This document shows, piece by piece, positions 19,830 through 30,209 of a stretch of 64,000 nt of DNA (the stretch's first letter is position 1; each line of letters begins with the position of its first letter). The notes beneath the pieces were generated by a model. The model worked only from the letters and a program-made list of their open reading frames with translations, had not been told where the DNA came from and searched no databases. A program made the translations under genes and the position numbers. Source of the stretch: an uncultured Staphylococcus sp. (GTDB lineage: Bacteria; Bacteroidota; Bacteroidia; Bacteroidales; Muribaculaceae); assembly GCA_964546905.1 (NCBI GenBank), contig CAZJKU010000002.1, forward strand, positions 52,896-116,895. Reading direction: 5' to 3'.

Positions 19830-20435
19830 ATGGACGAAGAACAGATCATGTTTCAGATACAAGACACTCTCGTATCGCTCGACCTTGCCGAGCGGTTCTT
19901 CTGCTGCGACCTTGAAAAGTGTCACGGCCAGTGCTGCATCGACGGCGATGCCGGAGCACCCATCACCGAGCAGGAGCGCGACATCATCAACAGCATCACC
20001 CCCTCACTGCGCTCCGATCTGCTGCCGCGCGCCCTGGAAGTAATCGATGCCGAGGGCACAAGCTACATCGACGAGGAAGGGGACCTCGTGACCCAGATCA
20101 TCGACGGGCAGAACTGCGTGTTCACCTGCTACGGCCCCGGCGGTATGTGCCTCTGTGCCATCGAGCGAGCCTGCGCCCGCGGCATTACCGGAGGATTCCG
20201 CAAGCCTTCTTCATGCGCCCTCTATCCGGTGCGCCTCACCGAGTACCCTACCTTCACCGCCGTCAACTATCACCGCTGGAAAATATGCCGCCCCGCCGAG
20301 GCTCTTGGCCGCAAGCTCGGCATAAGGCTATATAAATTTCTCGAAGGACCGCTGACCCAACGGTTCGGGAAGGAATGGTACGACGAACTCGTTCTCGCCT
20401 GCGAGACCTATCTTGCCGAAAACCCCGGCGCATAA
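19830..20435 (+). CDS. DUF3109 family Cys-rich protein
   Basis: FCCDLEKCHGQCCIDGDAGAP, KPSSCALYPVR. Confidence 0.88.
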   Translation: MDEEQIMFQIQDTLVSLDLAERFFCCDLEKCHGQCCIDGDAGAPITEQERDIINSITPSLRSDLLPRALEVIDAEGTSYIDEEGDLVTQIIDGQNCVFTCYGPGGMCLCAIERACARGITGGFRKPSSCALYPVRLTEYPTFTAVNYHRWKICRPAEALGRKLGIRLYKFLEGPLTQRFGKEWYDELVLACETYLAENPGA

Positions 20436-20496
20436 AAATCCCCGCTTCCGGCAACCGACAGCGGGGAAAAATATGTCAAATAATACAATATCCTGA

Positions 20497-21051
20497 TTAC
20501 TCGTCAAATGTCATCTCGTCGAAACCGGCGGCATCAAACTCATCCTCGTTAAACTCGGTCGAGCCATAAAACTCATCGTCGAGATCAGCGTTGGCAGCAG
20601 CTTGAGCAGCCTTGGCATCGATCTTGGCATCAAATTCGTCCATATCCACCATCTGCTGCGGGGCCTCGCCCATCGACACCGTACACAGCGGGTCCTTGAG
20701 AGTCTTGCCGGTGATGATATTCTTCATCTCGATGAAGAAAGAGCGGTCGGTCAGATAGTCAAATACCCACACAAGCCTCTGACCCTCGTCCTCGATGAGA
20801 TCGCTCAGCAGTGTATCCTCCATCAGATAGACATCCTCCGACGAATCTGAGCCCATGTCTTCGAGCGTGATCTCCTTATCGCGCTCCCAGCCGTCGTCAC
20901 AAAGGAAAAACGAACTCATCTGCCCTTTGTCATATCCCGTGCAGTCGCATATAGCGTTACGCAGGTCAAGGAATGTGGCGTCGGAATCTATCTGTATTTC
21001 TCGTTTGAAGTTATCCACCTCATCCGATACGAGTCTGAAGTTATATATCAT
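20497..21051 (-). CDS. Plasmid pRiA4b ORF-3-like conserved Bacteroidales protein with acidic tail
   Basis: MIYNFRLVSDEVDNFKREIQIDSDATFLDL, LVWVFDYLTDRSFFIE. Confidence 0.75.
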   Translation of the reverse strand: MIYNFRLVSDEVDNFKREIQIDSDATFLDLRNAICDCTGYDKGQMSSFFLCDDGWERDKEITLEDMGSDSSEDVYLMEDTLLSDLIEDEGQRLVWVFDYLTDRSFFIEMKNIITGKTLKDPLCTVSMGEAPQQMVDMDEFDAKIDAKAAQAAANADLDDEFYGSTEFNEDEFDAAGFDEMTFDE

Positions 21052-21162
21052 TGTCGGTAATATTTGTTTCGTTATGCGATGCAAATTTATAATACTTTGC
21101 GATAAGTACCAAACAATTTAACCGAAAAAAAATACCTCGTTTCTTCACTACGATTCAGTAAA

Positions 21163-21576
21163 ATGGCAAGCAGCCGATGCGGTTTCCCTCAGATAAAATG
21201 TGAGGTACTGCTGTCGGCGGCGGCAGTGCTTCGCGACGATGCACTCCGAGGCATGACCCACGGGGGCCAATTTGACCCGTGGCATCTTTATGATGAAACT
21301 TATCCCGTGGGCGGAGGTCGTTCCGTCGGGCGCCCCTACATACAGTCGGCCATGACGCTGCCGATATACGAGACTTCAGCCGGATATTCAGGTCCGGCAT
21401 TGATAATCAACGGAATGGCTGATGTTGTAGTTCCTTACACCTACGCCGAGCGATATAACAAAGTATTACGCGACAGCACTCTCCATCTCATTCCCGGTGA
21501 GAACCATACCTATAACTTCAGCCCGGAATATATAGTTGGTATAGTGACGGAATGGCTTAAGGATCAACTACTCTAA
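21163..21576 (+). pseudogene. C-terminal half of an alpha/beta-hydrolase (feruloyl/cinnamoyl esterase-like); N-terminus missing
   Basis: IKCEVLLSAAAVLRDDA, LIINGMADVVVPY, GENH are present; no upstream GxSxG nucleophile or N-terminal half. Confidence 0.7.
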
Positions 21577-21583
21577 TCCTGAT

Positions 21584-22153
21584 TCATGAGCGAACTTTGC
21601 AGGGGCAGGTATCGATATGATCATCGATGAAACCGGTGGCCTGGAGGAAGGAATAGCATATCACCGACCCGAAAAAGCGGAATCCGCGCCGGTACATGTC
21701 GCGGCTCATAGCATCGGAGATTTCGTTTCTGACCGGTATCGACTCCATGTCCTTCACACTGTTGACCATACGCTTTCCCTCAGGAAAATAACTCATGACG
21801 TAGTTGTAGAACGACCCGTATTCATCCACAATCGCACCGAAAAGCCGGGCATTGACGATGGCGCAATGGATTTTGCGCCGGTTACGGATTATCCCTTCAT
21901 TCTTCATGAGACGCTCCTCATCAGCCTCGGTCATTTCAGCTACCTTGCGGAAATCAAAGCCGTGAAACGCTTTCCGGTATGCCTCGCGTTTACGCAGTAC
22001 GGTGAGCCACGATAGACCTGCCTGAGCTCCTTCGAGCGTGAGGAATTCAAAGAGGCGGTGGTCATCGGTCACCATCCTCCCCCACTCCTCGTCATGATAC
22101 CTCACATAGAGCGGATCGTCGCCACACCATGGACATCTTACTGTTTTTTCCAT
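21584..22153 (-). CDS. tag: DNA-3-methyladenine glycosylase I
   Basis: RCPWC..YHDEEWG, FEFLTLEGAQAGLSW, QATGFIDDHIDTC. Confidence 0.96.
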   Translation of the reverse strand: MEKTVRCPWCGDDPLYVRYHDEEWGRMVTDDHRLFEFLTLEGAQAGLSWLTVLRKREAYRKAFHGFDFRKVAEMTEADEERLMKNEGIIRNRRKIHCAIVNARLFGAIVDEYGSFYNYVMSYFPEGKRMVNSVKDMESIPVRNEISDAMSRDMYRRGFRFFGSVICYSFLQATGFIDDHIDTCPCKVRS

Positions 22154-22173
22154 TATATCAATCTATTATTATA

Positions 22174-22214
22174 CGATGCGACCCCGGCTTGATGGATTCA
22201 CCGGGGTCGCATCG
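22174..22214. terminator. 14-bp perfect hairpin downstream of the DPP III gene
   Basis: CGATGCGACCCCGG/CCGGGGTCGCATCG; weak U-tract. Confidence 0.6.
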
Positions 22215-22225
22215 ATATCGGCTTA

Positions 22226-24235
22226 TCAGAGTGTCTTATATTCGCGTGAGTAACGGAGCATCTGGGGAATGTAATCTTCGTCGTAGGAAATCTTGACATC
22301 GATGATATTGCCATCCTTGTCTGTCACGGGAGTGTAGACGGGGTTGACAAATCCCTTGTAGGGAGCGATATTGAGGCTTGCATAGCGGTCGAGGACTTCG
22401 CGATGGAGTTCGGGATCGACTTTCACGCCGTAGGTTTCCACAAGGTCGCGTCCGGCTTCGTAGTCACCCTCGCTCTTGATGCGCTGAATCTCGTGGAGGA
22501 GCTGGCCGAAGAGCTGACGGAGGGCATCGTAATCGTTGATCTTTACGAAAGTCTTGCCGTCGCGCTTTACAAGCTCGATTACACCGTCATCCTTACCCTT
22601 CTCATAGACCCATGCCGAGATGAGCTGGCGGTTGCGCATGTGGGCTTCCTCAATGTCCTTGCCCGGCTCGATGCGCATCAGCTGGGTCATGAGACCGTTG
22701 AGTATATACTTGTAATATTCAGCCTTATAGGCATCAGGGTTGTCGAGAAGACCGAGCTCGATGAGCTTGGGGTCGGCGAGATAGTAGAGGGCGAAGAGGT
22801 CGGCGCGCGCTTCTTCGAGAGTGGAGCCGTGGGCCTTGAGCGCATCGGGGTCAACACCGGGGAGGAGACGGCCCGAAGCATGGCCGAGGCACTCGTGAAG
22901 GTCAGTGTGGAGATTATCGGTGATGAACAGGTAGCGGTCAAGCAGGTCGGAAGTTTCGGCGTCGATCACAAATTCCTCGTTGAAACCGTTGCCGTGGGAA
23001 GCGGCGTCATAAGCCTGTGTGATATTTTCGAGTGTCACTGATTTCGAGCCGTGGGCAGCACGGATCCAGTTGGCATTAGGGAGATTGATGCCGATAGGAG
23101 TGGCGGGATAGGAATCGCCTGCAAGGATGGCGGCGGTTATCACCTTGGCCGAGACACCCTTTACATGGGGCTTGCGGAACTTGGGATCAACCGGAGAATT
23201 GTCTTCAAACCACTGGGCGTTTGACGAAATTTTCTCGGTGCGGTCGCTCGCCTCCACATTCTTGAAGTTGACGATAGACTCCCATGAGCCGGTCATGCCC
23301 AGCGGATCGCCGTAGCTCTCGATGAAACCGTTAATGAAGTCGACCTGCGAAGCGGTGTCTTCAACCCAGCTGATCGAGTATGCGTCAAATGTTGCGAGAT
23401 CGCCCGTTGTGTAATAGTCGATAAGCTGCTGTATGGTGGCAGCCTGAGCGGGATTCTCGGCATATTTCTTTGCCTCGGCCAGGTGGGAAGTGATGCGCTC
23501 GATAGCCGGCGAATACAGGCCACCTATCTTATAGGGTTGCTCCACAACCTTGCCGTCTACCTTAGTCACGCGGGTGTTGAGGCCATAGGAGATGGGCGAG
23601 GCCGAAGTGGTGTCCTTTATCCCGGCGTAGTATTTCTCAACCTCGGCCTGGGTGACACCGTCATAGAGGTTGCAGGCCGACGTAGCTATGAGATCCTGAC
23701 CCTCGGCCTGATTCACGCGCTTGGGCATGACAGCGGGATCGAAAATAACTGAATAAAGCACGGCGGTGTCGGCTGGAACATCATCGGCAGCGAGAGCGGC
23801 CACCTGAGCGGTGAGGAACTCGCGGCTGAACTCGGGAGTGAACTTGTCCATCGAATAGTGATGGTGAATACCGTTGGCAAACCATATCTGCTTCATGTAC
23901 TTTTCCAGTGCGAGATACTGAGGGTCAGTCTTGTCGCCCGAGTAGGAAGTATATACTTTTTCAAGCAGGTCGCGGATGGGGAGGTTATACTTGCAGTTCT
24001 GATCCCAGAGGATGTCACGACCGGCCAGGGCGGCCTCGGTCAGATGATATATAAGGATGCGCTGCGAGGGAGTAAGGTTTTCAAAATCGGGCACCTGATA
24101 GCGGAGCACCTCGATATCGTTGAAACGGTCGACGTGATAATTGAAATCGTCGGCTTCGGTGGCCTTGTGGCCCGAGCATGAAGCTGATAGCATGAGAGCT
24201 GAGATTGATGCAGTGAAGAGATGACTGAGTTTCAT
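22226..24235 (-). CDS. Dipeptidyl-peptidase III (M49), lipoprotein
   Basis: HECLGH zinc motif, EEARAD, lipobox LSASC. Confidence 0.95.
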   Translation of the reverse strand: MKLSHLFTASISALMLSASCSGHKATEADDFNYHVDRFNDIEVLRYQVPDFENLTPSQRILIYHLTEAALAGRDILWDQNCKYNLPIRDLLEKVYTSYSGDKTDPQYLALEKYMKQIWFANGIHHHYSMDKFTPEFSREFLTAQVAALAADDVPADTAVLYSVIFDPAVMPKRVNQAEGQDLIATSACNLYDGVTQAEVEKYYAGIKDTTSASPISYGLNTRVTKVDGKVVEQPYKIGGLYSPAIERITSHLAEAKKYAENPAQAATIQQLIDYYTTGDLATFDAYSISWVEDTASQVDFINGFIESYGDPLGMTGSWESIVNFKNVEASDRTEKISSNAQWFEDNSPVDPKFRKPHVKGVSAKVITAAILAGDSYPATPIGINLPNANWIRAAHGSKSVTLENITQAYDAASHGNGFNEEFVIDAETSDLLDRYLFITDNLHTDLHECLGHASGRLLPGVDPDALKAHGSTLEEARADLFALYYLADPKLIELGLLDNPDAYKAEYYKYILNGLMTQLMRIEPGKDIEEAHMRNRQLISAWVYEKGKDDGVIELVKRDGKTFVKINDYDALRQLFGQLLHEIQRIKSEGDYEAGRDLVETYGVKVDPELHREVLDRYASLNIAPYKGFVNPVYTPVTDKDGNIIDVKISYDEDYIPQMLRYSREYKTL

Positions 24236-24259
24236 GTAACTTATTGAGTGAGATGGATA

Positions 24260-25438
24260 TTATTCTACCTGAATCACGAGTCCTTTAAGGTATTCACCCT
24301 CGGGATGATATATAGAAACGGGATGGTCCATAGGCTGAGAAAGCTGGGCAAGGACCTTGACGCGGCGTCCGGTGCGGGCGGCGGCGGTGAACACAGCCGT
24401 GCGGAACTGCTCCTTGCTTATGGCCTGGGAGCAGGAGAAGGTGAAGATTATTCCGCCGGGGGCCACCTTGGCGATTCCGGCCTCGTTGAGACGGCGGTAG
24501 CCTATGAGGGCATTGCGGATCGCACCCCTATGCTTGGCGAAGGCCGGGGGATCAAGTATGATCAGGTCATATTCACCCTCTTTCATGTCGCGGAGATAGT
24601 CGAAGGCATCCACGGCAAAGGAGCGGTGGCGGGTATCTCCGGGGAAATTCAGAGCCACATTGGCATCGGTGAGCGCAATGGCCTTGGCCGACGAATCGAC
24701 CGAATCTACACTCCGCGCGCCACCGTCGAGGGCGTAGACCGAGAAGCCGCCAGTGTAACAGAACATGTTGAGTACCCGCGCGTCGTTGCTCAACCGCCTG
24801 AGCAACGCGCGGTTCTCGCGCTGGTCAATGAAGAAGCCCGTCTTCTGACCCTTGAGCCAGTCGACGTGAAACTTCAATCCGTTTTCGAGCGTTACGTCGG
24901 TGTCATATTTGCCGATAATGTAGTCATTGACGGGGTCGAGGGCGGCATTATAGGGCAGAGTGGTCTCGGATTTATAATACACATTTTCAATACCTGCATC
25001 GGGGAGTGACACGAGGTTGCGGGCAATTACATTGCGGGCGCGGTGCATTCCCGGGCTGTGGGCCTGAAGGACTGCAGTGTGACCATAGACATCTACGACG
25101 CATCCGGGCAGGAAATCGCCCTCACCGTGCACGAGCCGGAAAGTGGTGTTCTCAGGGGTGATGAGTCCGAGACGCTGCCTGAGCTGCCACGCCTCGGCGA
25201 GACGGGTGGCAAAAAGTTCATCATCGACGGGCGTATCGTCCATCGTCAGCATCCTGACGGCAATCGAGCCGGCCTCGTAATGGCCCGAACCGAGCAGATC
25301 GCCGGTTGACGACACCACGGTGACAGTGTCACCTTCTTCTATATCGGATGGTTTGGCTGCAATCGCGCCTGAGAAAATCCAGGGATGGAACCGCTGAAGC
25401 GATTCCTCCTTGCCACGTTTCAGAGTGATGGTTTTCAT
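24260..25438 (-). CDS. rlmI: RlmI-like class I SAM-dependent rRNA methyltransferase
   Basis: HPWIFSGAI, KGQKTGFFIDQRENR, VLNMFCYTGGF, ILDPPAF. Confidence 0.88.
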   Translation of the reverse strand: MKTITLKRGKEESLQRFHPWIFSGAIAAKPSDIEEGDTVTVVSSTGDLLGSGHYEAGSIAVRMLTMDDTPVDDELFATRLAEAWQLRQRLGLITPENTTFRLVHGEGDFLPGCVVDVYGHTAVLQAHSPGMHRARNVIARNLVSLPDAGIENVYYKSETTLPYNAALDPVNDYIIGKYDTDVTLENGLKFHVDWLKGQKTGFFIDQRENRALLRRLSNDARVLNMFCYTGGFSVYALDGGARSVDSVDSSAKAIALTDANVALNFPGDTRHRSFAVDAFDYLRDMKEGEYDLIILDPPAFAKHRGAIRNALIGYRRLNEAGIAKVAPGGIIFTFSCSQAISKEQFRTAVFTAAARTGRRVKVLAQLSQPMDHPVSIYHPEGEYLKGLVIQVE

Positions 25439-25451
25439 GAGAACAGTCGTG

Positions 25452-27032
25452 TCACTTAAAGAATGCTTTGAAAAGGTCGTTGCCGTTGGCATAAATGAGA
25501 AGCAACAGCAGGAAGGCCATGCCCACATACTGGGCGCCTATCAGGAAGTTTTCCGACGGCTTGCGGCGGGTGATTATCTCATAGAGAAGGAAGAGGACGT
25601 GTCCGCCGTCGAGTCCCGGGATGGGGAGGATGTTCATGAATGCGAGCACCACCGAGAGGAAAGCCGTGATCTCCCAGAACGACAGCCAGTTCCACTTGTC
25701 AGGGAACATGTTGCCAATCGCACCGAAGCCACCGAGACTCTGCGCTCCTTCGCGCGAGAACACCTGCTTGAGCGAGCTGACATAGGAAGTGAGAGTTGCC
25801 GTACCTATCTGCCATCCGCGGGGGAATGATTCAATCAGGGAGTACTGGCGGCTTACGGTGGGATAAACGTCGACAGGCTGGCGGAGCTGAAAACCGAGTT
25901 TTCCGTAGGAATCGGGGGTAGCCTCAACCTGAATCTTCTTGCCGTCGCGTATCACGGTGATTACCGTGGGAGTCGACGCGTAAGCGAGCAATGCCGGAGT
26001 CAGTTCGGTAAACGAAGGCGTGGCTATGGTATCGACCGCAACGATGCGGTCGCCCTCCTTCAGGCCGGCTTTGGAAGCGGCACCTCCTGCCACAAGACGG
26101 TCAACTACCACAGGGACGCGGAGCGTCATCAGGCCCTTGTCATCGTTAAGACGCAGCAGGAAATTATCAGGCAGCGACAGCGTTACGGTATCGCGGTGAT
26201 CGCGCAGCAGAGTGACAGTCTTGGCCGAAGCGAGACGATACAGGCAATCGCTTTCCGAAGCATCGAGGGCGCGACCGTCGGCTGTCAGGGGTATGTCACC
26301 GTTGCGGAATCCGGCCTCCTGAGCCGTAGGTACGAAGTCAAATCCCTCGTAGGCATCGGAGAAAGGTATATACCGGTCGCCCCAGTGATAGGCGATGCCG
26401 GCGTAGATCACGATTGCGAGAATGAAGTTGAACAGCACGCCGCCTATCATCACCAGGAGGCGTTTCCACGCCGCTTTCGAGCGGAATTCCCAGTCGCGAG
26501 GCTCCTGCGACATCTGGGCGGTGTCCATCGACTCGTCGATCATGCCGGCAATCTTGCAGTAACCGCCAAGCGGGAGCCAGCCTATACCGTAGGTAGTGTG
26601 ACCCCAGAACCGCTTGCCGCGTGACTCCTGCCGCTCCTGAGCGTCCTCGGCATCATAGCGGGCGGTCTTGGCGGCCACGCAGCGGTCGAGTTCCTGACGG
26701 GCGGCGTCGAGCCGCGCCTTGTTGTCGGGCGATTCATCTTTCTGATATGCCTTGTAGGCTACGGAATAGTCGCTCTCGGCCTTTTCAAGCTGAAGGGATT
26801 CTTCATACTCGGCCTCGGCGTCGGGGGTAGAGAATTTTATCTTGGAGCCGGCACCAACATAGCGGCCCGGTTTCCACTTGAAAAGCGAGAAGCCGGGATT
26901 GAAAAACATATAGAATTTTTCTACCTTGATGCCGAAGATCCGGGCCAGGATAAAGTGGCCGAACTCGTGGATTATGACAAGAAAGGCAAGAGCTACGATT
27001 AGCTGCAGGGCCTTGATGAGAAATGCTTCCAA
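25452..27032 (-). CDS. rseP: RIP metalloprotease RseP (M50) with a large N-terminal insert
   Basis: HEFGH, GWLPLGGYCKI, PDZ region, NILPIPGLDGG. Confidence 0.95.
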   Translation of the reverse strand: MEAFLIKALQLIVALAFLVIIHEFGHFILARIFGIKVEKFYMFFNPGFSLFKWKPGRYVGAGSKIKFSTPDAEAEYEESLQLEKAESDYSVAYKAYQKDESPDNKARLDAARQELDRCVAAKTARYDAEDAQERQESRGKRFWGHTTYGIGWLPLGGYCKIAGMIDESMDTAQMSQEPRDWEFRSKAAWKRLLVMIGGVLFNFILAIVIYAGIAYHWGDRYIPFSDAYEGFDFVPTAQEAGFRNGDIPLTADGRALDASESDCLYRLASAKTVTLLRDHRDTVTLSLPDNFLLRLNDDKGLMTLRVPVVVDRLVAGGAASKAGLKEGDRIVAVDTIATPSFTELTPALLAYASTPTVITVIRDGKKIQVEATPDSYGKLGFQLRQPVDVYPTVSRQYSLIESFPRGWQIGTATLTSYVSSLKQVFSREGAQSLGGFGAIGNMFPDKWNWLSFWEITAFLSVVLAFMNILPIPGLDGGHVLFLLYEIITRRKPSENFLIGAQYVGMAFLLLLLIYANGNDLFKAFFK

Positions 27033-27056
27033 TATTGGATCAGGATGATAGGGGTT

Positions 27057-28223
27057 TTACAAAGAGTTGACCTTGACCCACTCCACGGCGGCGGCGCGGG
27101 CGGCGGCATCGGTGGCGATATAATCGTCGAGCGTGGGATCGCTGACGTGGTCCACCTTGCCGAGAGTGGCGGTGATAAGCGGGTAGATTGAAGTGAACGC
27201 TATGCGGCCATGAAGAAAGGCATCGACTGCTATTTCATTGGCAGCGTTTATGACACAAGCCGTGTTGCCGGGATTGTCGAGAGCGTAGCGGGCAAGTGTA
27301 AGACACGGGAATTTCTTAGGATCAGGCTTGGAAAACGTGAGCCGCGCATAGTCGGCCACGGTGAGTTTCGGAGCGTCTGACGGCAAGCGCCGGGCATCGG
27401 CAAGCGCATAGCGGATGGGGAGGTGCATGTCGGGAAGACCGAGCTGGGCCTTGACCGCACCATCGACAAACTGCACCATCGAGTGAACGATTGCCTGAGG
27501 ATGGATAACGGCCTCGATCCGGTCGCCGGGTACGCCGAAGAGCCACCTTGCCTCAATTATCTCAAACGCCTTGTTCATCATAGTGGCAGAGTCAATAGTG
27601 ATCTTTGCGCCCATGTTCCAGCGTGGATGATGGAGGGCCTGCTCCACGGTGACGGATTCGAGCTGCCGGGCCGAAAAGCGGCGGAACGGGCCTCCCGACG
27701 CCGTGATGATGAGCCTGTCGACGCTCTCGGGTGTCTCACCCACGAGACACTGATAAATGGCCGAATGCTCGGAATCGATGGGTACCACGGTCGAGGGAGA
27801 TGACTGGAGCAACCGGGTCACGAGCTGACCGGCCACTACAAGGGTCTCCTTATTGGCAAGACCTATGCGCTTCCCGGCCTCGATGGCGCGGATCGTGGGC
27901 AGAAGACCGCTGTAACCCACCGTAGCCGTGACTACGGTATCGACTTCGGGATCGGTCATGGCATCAGCCACAGCCCGGTCACCGGCGGCACATTCAATGC
28001 CTAATGGCGAAAGGGCCTCGCTCAACTTGCCGTAAAGGTCAGCACGAGCAATAACGGCGCGCGACGGACGGTGCTTGCGGCACTGCTCGATGAGAAGGTC
28101 CACGTTGGAGCCGGCAATCAGCACCTGAGCCTTGAAAAGCTCAGGATAGCGCTCGATGACATCGAGGGTCTGAGTTCCGATCGAGCCGGTCGACCCTAAG
28201 ACAGCTATGCGTTGCAGAGTCAT
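27057..28223 (-). CDS. dxr: 1-deoxy-D-xylulose-5-phosphate reductoisomerase
   Basis: LGSTGSIGTQ, LANKETLV, PIDSEHSAI, KITIDSATMMNK. Confidence 0.98.
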   Translation of the reverse strand: MTLQRIAVLGSTGSIGTQTLDVIERYPELFKAQVLIAGSNVDLLIEQCRKHRPSRAVIARADLYGKLSEALSPLGIECAAGDRAVADAMTDPEVDTVVTATVGYSGLLPTIRAIEAGKRIGLANKETLVVAGQLVTRLLQSSPSTVVPIDSEHSAIYQCLVGETPESVDRLIITASGGPFRRFSARQLESVTVEQALHHPRWNMGAKITIDSATMMNKAFEIIEARWLFGVPGDRIEAVIHPQAIVHSMVQFVDGAVKAQLGLPDMHLPIRYALADARRLPSDAPKLTVADYARLTFSKPDPKKFPCLTLARYALDNPGNTACVINAANEIAVDAFLHGRIAFTSIYPLITATLGKVDHVSDPTLDDYIATDAAARAAAVEWVKVNSL

Positions 28224-28225
28224 GT

Positions 28226-29614
28226 TCAGCGGGCGAGCGATTTGATTACTTCCTTGACCGAAGCTGCGAGCGCATCAGCCTGCTCCATAGTGGCGGCTTC
28301 GCTGTAGATGCGGATGATGGGCTCGGTATTGCTCTTGCGCAGGTGAACCCACGAGTCGGCGAAGTCGATTTTAACTCCGTCTATATCAGTGATCTGCTCG
28401 CCGGCATACTTGGCCTTGACTGCTTCAAGTATAGCGTCGACATCGATTTCAGGGGTAAGCTCGATTTTGTTTTTGGCGATCATGTACTGCGGATAGCCGG
28501 CCTTGAGTTCGCTCACTTTCTTGCCGCTCTTGGCAAGAAGTGTCAGGAACAGGGCCACGCCTACGAGGGCGTCGCGGCCATAGTGGGCGGCGGGATATAT
28601 CACACCGCCATTGCCCTCGCCGCCTATCACCGCTCCGGTTTCCTTCATGAGGGTGGTGACATTGACCTCACCCACTGCCGAGGCGCGGTATTCGCAGCCG
28701 TGGGCGCGGGTCACGTCGCGCAACGCGCGCGATGAGCTGAGGTTAGACACCGTGGAGCCGGGAGTGTGGCTGAGGATGTAGTCCGCCACTGCCACGAGAG
28801 TGTATTCCTCGACAAACATCTCACCGTTTTCCATCACGATTGCAAGACGGTCCACGTCGGGGTCAACGACGAAGCCCACGTCAGCCACACCTTTCTTCAT
28901 CAGCGACGAAATTTCGGTGAGGTTTTCAGGGATAGGCTCGGGAGTATGGGCGAAATTGCCTGTGGGATCGCAATTAAGGGTAATAATATTGTTCACACCG
29001 AGAGCGCGGAGGAGCTGCGGAATCACCACGCCTCCCACCGAGTTAACGGCATCGACTGCCACGGTAAACCCGGCGCGGGCAATGGCGTCGCGGTCCACGA
29101 GGTCAAGGGCGAGCACCTGCTCGATGTGGCGGAGGTTGTAATTGTCGACCGTATATACCTTGCCGAGCTGATCCACGGGAGCGAAAGTGAAATCCTCCTC
29201 GGCAGCGATGCGGAGCACTTCCTTGCCCTGGGCGTCATTGAGAAATTCGCCCTCCTCATTGAGAAGTTTCAGGGCGTTCCACTGGCGGGGATTATGGCTT
29301 GCGGTCAGTATGATACCGCCACATGCTTTCTGGTCGGTCACTGCGATTTCAGTTGTCGGGGTGGAGGCGAGACCTATGTTGACCACATCGAAACCCATGG
29401 CTACGAGAGTACCGGTCACGAGACGGTCGACCATGTCGCCGCTCAGGCGCGCGTCGCGGCCCACGACTATGAGCCGGTTAGGGCGAGTGGTTATGCCGGC
29501 GATGAACCGGGCGTAGGCTGCTGTGAATTTAACTATATCTACCGGCGTCAGTCCTTCGCCGGAGGGTCCGCCTATTGTGCCGCGGATACCTGAAATCGAC
29601 TTGATAAGTGACAT
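28226..29614 (-). CDS. glmM: Phosphoglucosamine mutase
   Basis: SISGIRG, TASHNP, DPDVDR, GGEGNGG. Confidence 0.93.
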   Translation of the reverse strand: MSLIKSISGIRGTIGGPSGEGLTPVDIVKFTAAYARFIAGITTRPNRLIVVGRDARLSGDMVDRLVTGTLVAMGFDVVNIGLASTPTTEIAVTDQKACGGIILTASHNPRQWNALKLLNEEGEFLNDAQGKEVLRIAAEEDFTFAPVDQLGKVYTVDNYNLRHIEQVLALDLVDRDAIARAGFTVAVDAVNSVGGVVIPQLLRALGVNNIITLNCDPTGNFAHTPEPIPENLTEISSLMKKGVADVGFVVDPDVDRLAIVMENGEMFVEEYTLVAVADYILSHTPGSTVSNLSSSRALRDVTRAHGCEYRASAVGEVNVTTLMKETGAVIGGEGNGGVIYPAAHYGRDALVGVALFLTLLAKSGKKVSELKAGYPQYMIAKNKIELTPEIDVDAILEAVKAKYAGEQITDIDGVKIDFADSWVHLRKSNTEPIIRIYSEAATMEQADALAASVKEVIKSLAR

Positions 29615-29629
29615 AATATATTCGGTTTA

Positions 29630-30208
29630 TCAGATTTGACTCTTGTAATAGCTGATGGTGTAGAGATAAGGGATTACGTCGGCTATCTCGGAAGTTGCAC
29701 CTACCTGCGACTTCACCACGAGGTTGACCTTGGCATCGTAACCCAGGTAATGCATGGGCACCTGGATTCCGGTGCCGTATTGCGTCGACTGCTGGATCGA
29801 CAGGTTGTCGAGGAGGAAAAATACCGGGACGTAACCCATATTGTTGGCGTTGCCTGAGGCGATGCCTGAGTTGTTCTCGCCTACCTTATAGTAAAAAAGA
29901 TTGTAACGGAGATAGCGGAAATAAACCCGGTCGTTGCTCTCTGGCTTCACGTCGGTACCCTTTTCAAGCACCTGCATGTATACGTTGCCGTCGGCATCCA
30001 TCTTGTAATAAGGAGCGTCGGGGCCGACCTCGAAATTATTGTCGGCGGGAATTTCTGTCTCTACGCGGTGAAGCGACAGGAAATAGTTGACCTGATGATT
30101 CTCGTCGGTCAGCAACTCGGCGTAACTCTTGGAGTCGCTGCAGGAAGTGAAACCTGCTATCATGGCCGCAGCAGCCATTATGGAAAGGAAGAATCGGCTG
30201 ATTTTCAT
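29630..30208 (-). CDS. DUF4827-like lipoprotein
   Basis: Lipobox FTSC; KSYAELLTDE; GIQVPMHYLG..VNLVVKSQVG. Confidence 0.75.
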   Translation of the reverse strand: MKISRFFLSIMAAAAMIAGFTSCSDSKSYAELLTDENHQVNYFLSLHRVETEIPADNNFEVGPDAPYYKMDADGNVYMQVLEKGTDVKPESNDRVYFRYLRYNLFYYKVGENNSGIASGNANNMGYVPVFFLLDNLSIQQSTQYGTGIQVPMHYLGYDAKVNLVVKSQVGATSEIADVIPYLYTISYYKSQI

Positions 30209-30209
30209 G

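Noticed and set aside
20497-21051. Plasmid or IS relic, suggested by the pRiA4b ORF-3-like name
   Set aside because: Host-like codon usage, no repeats or transposase; the family is chromosomal in Bacteroidales
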